Positions 57,208-64,000 of a DNA stretch of 64,000 nucleotides are shown in pieces. The notes under the pieces are model-generated. The model did no database searches. It saw nothing but the letters and a program-made list of their open reading frames with translations, and was not told the DNA's origin. The DNA lies in assembly GCA_002898235.1 (NCBI GenBank), contig BEIL01000001.1, forward strand, positions 16,034 to 80,033, read 5' to 3'. Every line of letters begins with the position of its first letter. The stretch's first letter is position 1. Origin of the DNA: a bacterium HR35. Lineage in GTDB: Bacteria; Patescibacteriota; Minisyncoccia; UBA6257; HR35. The translations under genes were made by a program, and so were the position numbers.

Positions 57208-59196
57208 CTATCTAAATTCGACCTTTAATTTATTTTCTAATATATTTTTTATTTTTTCAATTTCTGAATTAACTTCTTCTTCGGTTAAAGTTCTTTCTTT
57301 ACTTTGAAAAATAAATCTAAAAGTGAATGATTTCTTTTGAGGATTGAGAAAATAAATATCTAAAAGAATTATCTCTTTTAAAAAACTAATTGACAGCGAA
57401 GCAAATATATTTTTAATTTCTTGATATTTGACTTGAGAATCAACAACAAAAGAAAGGTCTCTAATTACTTCTGGAAAATCTCCCCAAAAAACAAATTTTT
57501 TGTAATCATTAGTTAGTTCTTTAATAGATTGAAGATTAATCTCTAAGATTCCTATTTCTTTTTCAAGGTCGTAAAAAGTTTTTATTTTTTCATTTAATAA
57601 ACCCAAAAATCCTATTTCTTTATTATCCAAAACAATTTTAGCTCCTTTGGCTAAAAAGCTAAGATTAATCTCTTCAAACTTGTCTTCAATATCTATTTTT
57701 AAACCTTTTTTTATAATTTGCCAAATGGTTTTTAGTTCAATAAGGAGATTGGTTTTATCTTTTTGAGTAAGAGTTAAGGCTAAATTATAATTTTCTTTTA
57801 TTTTTTCATTTTCCAAAAAAGCAACCCGCTCAATTCTAAAAATTTTTAAATCTTTAATAATTTTTTGATTTAAACTTAAACCTTTTAATAAATTAGGTAA
57901 AAGAGAAAATTCATAAAATTTTAAATTTTCACTTAAGGGGTTAGCTAATTCAATTGGTTGCTGATTTTCTTTCAACACATCTTTAAATAATTCTTCATCT
58001 TTTTGGCTAAAAAGAGAGTAAGAATAAATTTCAGAAAAGCCAAAATTTTTTAAAATTTCCCTTAAACGAAAATTAAAAAGGAAATTTTCATCAATTAAAG
58101 AAGGATGATAAGCCGACTCAAAATTTTCCTTGACATTATTAACTCCATAAATTCTTAAAATTTCTTCGTAAATATCTTCCTTTATTTGTAAATCATTCCG
58201 ATCAAGAGGTGGATAAACTTCAAGAATACCACTTTTTTCTTTAAAATTAAAATTCAATTTTTTCAAGAAAAATTTTATTTGACTGAAATTAAAATTCGTT
58301 CCTAAAAATTTATTCATTTCATCAATTTTTATTTCTATTTTTTTAGTTGATGGTAATTTTCCATAAGCAATTTTTCCTTTTAATACCTCTCCTTTAGCAA
58401 ATTTTTTAATTAAAAAACTAATTCTTTCTAAAGCTTCTAAAGCCCTATAAGGATTAACATTTCTTTCAAATCTTAAGCTCGCTTCTGTTTTCAGATTATG
58501 AATTCTTGAAGTTTGATATATAGTTGTCGGATCAAAAACTGCTGCTTCGATGAAAATATTTTTAGTTTGTAAATTAACTTCAGCTAATTTGCTTCCTTTA
58601 ATTCCAGCTAAAGCTAAAATTTTTTCTCTATCACTAATAACTATTTCTCCTCCTCTTAATTCGTACTCTTTGTCTTCTAAAGAAATAAATTTTTCTCCTT
58701 TCTTAGCTTCTCTAACAATTATTTCTTTTTGAAAAATTTTGTCAAGATCAAAAATATGAAGAGGCGCTCCATATTCAAACATCACTAAATTAGCTAAATC
58801 AACAATTAAGTTAATTGAATTTAAACCATAAAACTCTAATATTTCTTTTAGCCAATCAGGTGAAGGTTGGTTTTTTAGATTTAAAATTACTCTACCAAAA
58901 TAAAAAGGAGTTTTAGGGGTTTTGACTTGAACTTTAATGAATTGAATGATTTTTTTATTACTTTCTTTAAATTTTGTTTGAGGAGCTTTGAATTTTAAAT
59001 TTGAAAGAAGGCTAATTTCTTTGGCAATTCCAATAAAAGAGGCTGAATCAGAAAAACGATTATAAAGAATATCGACATCTAAAATTCCATTTTCGTAGCT
59101 TGATTCAAACGATTTAAGAGTAAGAGTTTCTGCTATTTTTTTGCCGTCTAAATTTCCTTCTAAGTAATTTTTTAAATCTTTTAATCTAAATTTCAT
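57208..59196 (-). CDS. pheT: Phenylalanine-tRNA ligase beta subunit (short form)
   Basis: PLHIFDLDK, TEASLRFER, RNDL..EDIYEEILRIYG, RDLSF..SFTFRF..RTLT. Confidence 0.95.
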   Translation of the reverse strand: MKFRLKDLKNYLEGNLDGKKIAETLTLKSFESSYENGILDVDILYNRFSDSASFIGIAKEISLLSNLKFKAPQTKFKESNKKIIQFIKVQVKTPKTPFYFGRVILNLKNQPSPDWLKEILEFYGLNSINLIVDLANLVMFEYGAPLHIFDLDKIFQKEIIVREAKKGEKFISLEDKEYELRGGEIVISDREKILALAGIKGSKLAEVNLQTKNIFIEAAVFDPTTIYQTSRIHNLKTEASLRFERNVNPYRALEALERISFLIKKFAKGEVLKGKIAYGKLPSTKKIEIKIDEMNKFLGTNFNFSQIKFFLKKLNFNFKEKSGILEVYPPLDRNDLQIKEDIYEEILRIYGVNNVKENFESAYHPSLIDENFLFNFRLREILKNFGFSEIYSYSLFSQKDEELFKDVLKENQQPIELANPLSENLKFYEFSLLPNLLKGLSLNQKIIKDLKIFRIERVAFLENEKIKENYNLALTLTQKDKTNLLIELKTIWQIIKKGLKIDIEDKFEEINLSFLAKGAKIVLDNKEIGFLGLLNEKIKTFYDLEKEIGILEINLQSIKELTNDYKKFVFWGDFPEVIRDLSFVVDSQVKYQEIKNIFASLSISFLKEIILLDIYFLNPQKKSFTFRFIFQSKERTLTEEEVNSEIEKIKNILENKLKVEFR

Positions 59197-60190
59197 TGGT
59201 TCTTAAATCGGCTGAATGAAGAAGACGAATATCGTTAATCTCGTATTTTAGCATAATCAATCTCTCCAAGCCGGTACCAAAAGCATAACCTTGGAACTTA
59301 TTGGGGTCTATTTTGGCTTGTTTTAGAACAAAAGGATGAATCATTCCTGCTCCAGCTACTTCTAACCAGCCAGAAAATTTACAAACCAAACAACCTTTAC
59401 CCTGACAAAGGAGACAGCTTAAATCAACCTCAACGCTTGGTTCAGTGAAAGGAAAATAGCTTGGTCGAAAACGAATTTCTAAGTTCTTCTCAAAGTATCT
59501 TTTAAAAAATTCTTTAAAAATAAATCTTAAATGAGAAAAATTTGAATTTTCACTTACAGAAATTCCTTCAATCTGATAAAACTCAAAATCATGACGAGCA
59601 TCAGTAGCTTCAAATCTAAAAACTTTTCCTGGAACAATTCCTCTAACTGGTGGTTTAAATTTTAAAAGAAAAGGTACTTGAAAAGCGCTAGTATGAGTTC
59701 TTAAGAGATATTTGTTTGGTTTTTTTAACCAGATAGTATCCCACATATCTCTGGCAGGATGATAGGGAGGCATATTTAAGGAATCAAAGTTTTCATATTC
59801 AGAAACTAAATAATTAGAATCAATTACATAAAAACCTAAATCGCGAAAAATATCGATAATTCTTTTTAAATTAGTTTGAATTAAAGGTAAAGAAGGGAAA
59901 GAGAATTTACTGCCCGGATGGTCAAAATCAAATAAAACCTCTATTTTTTGAGATAACTCTTCTTTTTTATTTTGATAAAGAGTTTCAAGTTCAGTTTTTA
60001 TTTGATTATAAAATGAACCAATCCTTACTTTTTCTTCTGGAGAGAGGTTTTTAAATTGCTTAGGAAAATTAGCTAAAAAACTTTTTCTTCCCAAAAAATT
60101 AACTCGCCACTTTTCTAAATCATCCAAATTTTTTACTGAATTTAATTCTTTAAGAGCTGATTTTTTAATTTTCTCCAATTCTTCAATCAT
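59186..60190 (-). CDS. pheS: Phenylalanine-tRNA ligase alpha subunit
   Basis: HPARDMWDT, LRTHTS, RFRPSYFPFTEPS, AFGTGLER. Confidence 0.97.
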   Translation of the reverse strand: MIEELEKIKKSALKELNSVKNLDDLEKWRVNFLGRKSFLANFPKQFKNLSPEEKVRIGSFYNQIKTELETLYQNKKEELSQKIEVLFDFDHPGSKFSFPSLPLIQTNLKRIIDIFRDLGFYVIDSNYLVSEYENFDSLNMPPYHPARDMWDTIWLKKPNKYLLRTHTSAFQVPFLLKFKPPVRGIVPGKVFRFEATDARHDFEFYQIEGISVSENSNFSHLRFIFKEFFKRYFEKNLEIRFRPSYFPFTEPSVEVDLSCLLCQGKGCLVCKFSGWLEVAGAGMIHPFVLKQAKIDPNKFQGYAFGTGLERLIMLKYEINDIRLLHSADLRTNEI

Positions 60191-60780
60191 TATTTCCTTT
60201 GTTCTAAAGCTGATTTTAATGTTTCTGGATCAGTAAATTCAATTTCTCCTCCAGCCGGTATTCCTTTGGCTAATTTTGTTATTTTAATTTTACTATATTT
60301 TTTTAAAATGTTTTCTAAAAATTTAATTGTTGGTTCAGCTTCCCTAGTAAAAGGTAAGCCAATTATAACTTCTTTAATTTTATTTTCCTTAAGTCTTGTT
60401 TCTAAAAATTTTATTCTTTCTTTAATTAAGGATTTTTCTTCAAAAGGTAAGATTAAACCACCCAAAATAAAATACTTACCTTTAAAAATTTTAGTAGTTT
60501 CTAAAGTTAAAACATCAGTTTCCCGAGCAACTATCATTAAAATTTCTTCGTTTCTTTTAGGATTAGAACAAATAGAGCATACTTCTTCTAAAGAGGGAAA
60601 GAAACAATATTTACAAAACTTAACACTTTCTATCAAAACTTTCAAACTTTCTAAAAATTCTTTCTTATTTTCCTCCGGTTGTTTAACTAACCAAAAAAAC
60701 AATCTTAAAGCTTGTCGAGGTCCAATTTCTGGAAACCGATTAAAAAAATTAATGATTTTTTTAAATAATGGTGGAAGCAT
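60190..60780 (-). CDS. recR: Recombination mediator RecR
   Basis: PEIGPRQALR, C4 zinc motif, LAKGIPAG.EIEF.D..TL. Confidence 0.93.
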   Translation of the reverse strand: MLPPLFKKIINFFNRFPEIGPRQALRLFFWLVKQPEENKKEFLESLKVLIESVKFCKYCFFPSLEEVCSICSNPKRNEEILMIVARETDVLTLETTKIFKGKYFILGGLILPFEEKSLIKERIKFLETRLKENKIKEVIIGLPFTREAEPTIKFLENILKKYSKIKITKLAKGIPAGGEIEFTDPETLKSALEQRK

Positions 60781-62132
60781 TAGTAAAATTCAATTTCTTG
60801 AAGAGATTCTTCAATCGAATAAAAACTGACAGTTTCAGGATCAAATAGAAGTTCGATTGCTCCTATAGGACCATTTCGATGTTTAGCAATAATTATTTGA
60901 ACTTGATTGGATGGTAAGGAAACTCCTGCTTCTTTTGGTCGATGAATAAACAAAACAACATCTGCATCTTGCTCTAAACTTCCGCTTTCTCTTAAATCAC
61001 TCAGTTTAGGGATTGAAGAAACTCTCTTTTCTGGTTCTCGAGAAAGTTGAGAGATAGCTAAAACCGGGATTTCTAACTCTCTAGCTAATTCTTTTAAGCT
61101 TTTTGAAATTTCTGTTACTTCCTGAACTCGACTTTCATAATTTCGACTACCTTTAACTAATTGAAGATAGTCAATAATTAAAAGTCCCAATTCTCCGATT
61201 TCGTGTTTTAATTTACGAGCCATTGTTCTTATTTGAATATTATTCAAACTAGGAGTATCATCAATAAATATAGGAGATTTTTTAAGCCTTTCAGCTGCTT
61301 CATAAATTAATGCCATTTCATCAACATCTCCTTCGCTCATCAACTTTCCTGTTCTCAATTTCCAAAGACTTACCCCTGCTTCAGCCGCTAAAAGTCTGTC
61401 AATAATTTGATCTTTAGACATTTCCAGGGAAAAAATACCAACAGGAATTTTTTCTCTCACAGCCACATAACGAGCAATTGACAAAGCCAAAGCTGTTTTT
61501 CCTTGAGAAGGTCTAGAAGCTAAAATTATTAAATCTGATTTTTGAAGACCTCCTAAATATTCATCAAGCTTTTCAAAACCCGTTGGAATACCCCTGATAA
61601 TTTTACCTGCTTGAAGGTCTTCAATTCTTTTTAAGTTTTCCTCAATTAAAGTATCAATTGAAGAAAATTCGTAGGGATAAACACGATCAGCTATTTTGAA
61701 AATATTTTTTTCTACTTCATCAATCAGTTTTTCAGCATCATATCCAGGATTTTGAATTAAATCCTTAATTCTCACTGAAAGTTCTAAAAGATCGAGTTTA
61801 GCTTTATTAGTTTTGATAATTTTGGCATAACTTAAAACATTGGTAATAGTTGGCGCTCGATGAATAAGATAAATCAATTTTTCTTGGCCACCAATTTTTT
61901 CTAATAAGCTCTTTTCTCGAAGAATATTTGATAAAGTAATAAGATCAATGCCTATTCTTTTTTCAAAGAGTTCATAAATATTTTCGTAAATTATTCTATT
62001 TTCGGGAAAATAAAAATCTTCTGGTTTTAGAAAATCAATAACTTTCAAAATAGCTTCATCATCAATGATTAAAGCCCCTAAAAGAGATTCTTCTATTTCT
62101 TTAATATTGGAATTAATAAATGTCTCTTCCAT
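60780..62132 (-). CDS. dnaB: Replicative DNA helicase
   Basis: ASRPSQGKT, FSLEMS, IIDYLQL, SQLSR, DLRESGSLEQDAD, AKHRNGP. Confidence 0.98.
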   Translation of the reverse strand: MEETFINSNIKEIEESLLGALIIDDEAILKVIDFLKPEDFYFPENRIIYENIYELFEKRIGIDLITLSNILREKSLLEKIGGQEKLIYLIHRAPTITNVLSYAKIIKTNKAKLDLLELSVRIKDLIQNPGYDAEKLIDEVEKNIFKIADRVYPYEFSSIDTLIEENLKRIEDLQAGKIIRGIPTGFEKLDEYLGGLQKSDLIILASRPSQGKTALALSIARYVAVREKIPVGIFSLEMSKDQIIDRLLAAEAGVSLWKLRTGKLMSEGDVDEMALIYEAAERLKKSPIFIDDTPSLNNIQIRTMARKLKHEIGELGLLIIDYLQLVKGSRNYESRVQEVTEISKSLKELARELEIPVLAISQLSREPEKRVSSIPKLSDLRESGSLEQDADVVLFIHRPKEAGVSLPSNQVQIIIAKHRNGPIGAIELLFDPETVSFYSIEESLQEIEFY

Positions 62133-62239
62133 GTCTCAAAATAATTATAAATTGTCTTTGGTAAAGAAGTAAATAATAAAAAGTTGTTAATCAGTTGTGA
62201 AAAATTTTAAAATTGGTTAAAATTATTAAAAAGGATCAA

Positions 62240-62311
62240 GGCCCCGTCGTCTAACGGCTAGGACACCGCTCTTTCAAGGCGGAAATACGGGTTCGACTCC
62301 CGTCGGGGCCA
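62240..62311 (+). tRNA. tRNA-Glu (TTC)
   Basis: GGCCCCG acceptor; CCGCT-CTTTCAA-GGCGG; ACGGG-TTCGACT-CCCGT. Confidence 0.95.
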
Positions 62312-62315
62312 AATA

Positions 62316-62389
62316 GGGCCCGTAGCTCAGTTGGCCAGAGCGCCGGTTTTGCACACCGGAGGTCAGGGGTTCGACTCCCCTCGGGTCCA
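62316..62389 (+). tRNA. tRNA-Ala (TGC)
   Basis: CCGGT-TTTGCAC-ACCGG; G3:U70 identity pair present. Confidence 0.96.
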
Positions 62390-62400
62390 AAAACTTATCA

Positions 62401-62471
62401 GCCCCCATAGCTCAACGGAAGAGCGTGGCCCTGCGGAGGCCAAGATGGAGGTTCGATTCCTCCTGGGGGCA
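62401..62471 (+). tRNA. tRNA-Arg (GCG)
   Basis: GCCCCCA acceptor; TGGCC-CTGCGGA-GGCCA; GGAGG-TTCGATT-CCTCC. Confidence 0.93.
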
Positions 62472-62475
62472 AAAA

Positions 62476-63300
62476 ATGAATCTTAAAGAATTAATTTATT
62501 TTTTAACTAAAAACCAAGCAATTCTCCACTATAATATTTCAACCTTGGAGCAGATAAAAGCAGGAATTTTAGCAGTTAAAGAAACTAAAATTCCTTTGAT
62601 TTTTGGTGTTTCTGAAGGTGAAAGAAATTATTTAGATCCTGCTTTGGTTAAAGATATAATTGATTTTTATAAAAAAGAGCTGCCAATATTTTTAAATGCT
62701 GACCATTCAAAAAGTTTAGAGACAGCTAAACAAGCAATCGATTTAAATTATGATGCAGTTTTATTTGATGGCAGTGAGCTTGATTTGACTGAAAATATAA
62801 AAATGACAAAAGAATTAATTAATTATCGAGGAGATAGAAATATTTTGATTGAAGGTGAGGTTGGTAAAATTGAAGGCAAATCAGAAATTCAAAAAGAAGT
62901 TGAAATTAAGAAAGAAAATTTAACTAAAGTTGAAGAAGCAGTAAAATTTGTTGAGGAAACAAAAGTTGATTTATTAGCAGTTTCCATTGGTAATATTCAT
63001 GGGATAACTGAACAAGAACCGGAACTTGATTTTGAAAGGGGTAGGGAAATAGCTCGAGCAGTAAAGATTCCTTTGGTTTTACATGGCGCTTCAGGATTAT
63101 CGTTAGAAAAAATAAAAAAATGTGTTGAAATTGGTTTTAAAATTATTCATTTTAATACTGAATTTCGAAAAATTTGGAAAGAAAAATTAACAGAAGAATT
63201 GAAAAAGGAAACTGTTACTCCTTATAAGATTTTGGAACCAGTTGTTGAAGAAATAAAAAAGAAAATTGTTTATTATCAATTTCAATTTTTTGAAAAATAA
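62476..63300 (+). CDS. fba: Class II fructose-bisphosphate aldolase (start revised to ATG 62476)
   Basis: ADH, FDGS, EGEVG, LAVSIGNIHG, PLVLHGASG; the ORF-track start lies inside tRNA-Arg. Confidence 0.9.
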   Translation: MNLKELIYFLTKNQAILHYNISTLEQIKAGILAVKETKIPLIFGVSEGERNYLDPALVKDIIDFYKKELPIFLNADHSKSLETAKQAIDLNYDAVLFDGSELDLTENIKMTKELINYRGDRNILIEGEVGKIEGKSEIQKEVEIKKENLTKVEEAVKFVEETKVDLLAVSIGNIHGITEQEPELDFERGREIARAVKIPLVLHGASGLSLEKIKKCVEIGFKIIHFNTEFRKIWKEKLTEELKKETVTPYKILEPVVEEIKKKIVYYQFQFFEK

Positions 63301-63339
63301 AATCAAAAGATTATTAATTAGGACTTAAAGTTTTATTAT

Positions 63340-64000
63340 TTAGTCAAACTTTCTTTTTATTATACCTCCACCTAAAACTAAATCATCTTTATAAAAGACA
63401 ATTGATTGGCCAGGGGCTATCATTTTTTGAGGTTCAAGAAATTCTACATACGCAGACTTAACTGAACTATTCTGTAAGTTTTGTTTTAGTTCTATAAATT
63501 CTGTATTATTTGTTAGAATAAGCTTTGCTTTGACTAGTGGTTGACGATAACGAAACCGAACATCAAAAATTTCTTCTTTTTCTAAAATTTCTTTTTCCAA
63601 AATATTAATTTCAGTAATTTCAATTCTTTTAGTATAAAGTACTGGTTCTCCTTCTTTAGCAACAACAATTAAATTCTCTTCTGGTATTTTTTTTACTACA
63701 TAATAAGGCCCTCCGCCAATTTTTATGTTTAATCCATGTCTTTGTCCTTCAGTAAAATAAAAATAACCAGGATGTTTGCCTAAAATATTCCCTTTAGTAT
63801 CAATAATCAAACCCTCTTTAGGTTTTAAATAGTTGTTTAAAAATTCTCTTAATTTAACTGGACCAACAAAACAAATTCCAGAACTTCCTTTTTTAAAAGC
63901 GTTAGGAAAATTATTTTCTGAAGCAATTTTTCTTACTTCCTCTTTGGTTAATTCTCCTATAGGAAAAATTATTTTTTCCAATTTATCTTTTTTAATTTTC
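63340..64000 (-). CDS. mnmA: tRNA 2-thiouridylase MnmA (5' partial, extends beyond the window)
   Basis: FPIGELTKEEVR, SSGICFVG, FTEGQRHGL, RYRQ, APGQSIVFY..LGGG. Confidence 0.93.
   Translation of the reverse strand, partial: KIKKDKLEKIIFPIGELTKEEVRKIASENNFPNAFKKGSSGICFVGPVKLREFLNNYLKPKEGLIIDTKGNILGKHPGYFYFTEGQRHGLNIKIGGGPYYVVKKIPEENLIVVAKEGEPVLYTKRIEITEINILEKEILEKEEIFDVRFRYRQPLVKAKLILTNNTEFIELKQNLQNSSVKSAYVEFLEPQKMIAPGQSIVFYKDDLVLGGGIIKRKFD
63449..63516. repeat. Degenerate in-frame decamer-family insertion in mnmA
   Basis: Coding strand reads ..AATACAGAAT TTATAGAACT AAAACAAAAC TTACAGAAT AGTTCAGTT AAGTCTGCGTA; extra residues between RYRQ and EPQ. Confidence 0.55.

Noticed and set aside
60266-60829. 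187-aa plus-strand ORF and other short antisense or nested ORFs (e.g. 1976-2395, 14398-14619, 15517-15738, 58550-58732)
   Set aside because: Shadows of well-supported genes on the other strand or frame, with no recognisable motifs
62425-62475. N-terminal extension of Fba in the ORF track
   Set aside because: It lies inside tRNA-Arg; ATG 62476 is the plausible start

Overview
AT-rich bacterial chromosome segment (GC roughly 25-30% by eye). Gene content and style suggest a Patescibacteria/Parcubacteria (CPR) organism using genetic code 11 (inference): almost no Shine-Dalgarno sites, split transketolase, short PheT/AtpC/RimP, tRNA-Arg(GCG), and cohesin/dockerin surface proteins. Layout: transport/redox genes (1-11.7 kb); a 2003-aa modular secreted glycoside-hydrolase-like protein with a 529-bp internal duplication; a type III R-M locus with four extra genes and a duplicated res 5' end between mod and res; tRNA-Val; a complete F-ATPase operon, cmk, tRNA-Met, ndh, mutM and a truB-acylphosphatase fusion; an ~11-kb cell-surface island between the two transketolase halves; then housekeeping genes (rlmD-like, rimP, nth, pheT, pheS, recR, dnaB, three tRNAs, fba, partial mnmA). 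Most interesting signals: (1) the island reads like an usher-less donor-strand pilus anchored through a dockerin-cohesin pair; (2) a four-helix-bundle gene bracketed by inverted heptamer arrays, with an empty copy of the same bracket nearby; (3) a dispersed family of 10/11-bp (21-bp period) repeats inserted in frame in ndh, transketolase, mnmA and surface genes; (4) a GC-rich, highly structured ~155-nt element; (5) an AGGTCG-like motif 20-23 nt before several start codons. All family assignments come from motif recognition by eye; no searches were run.
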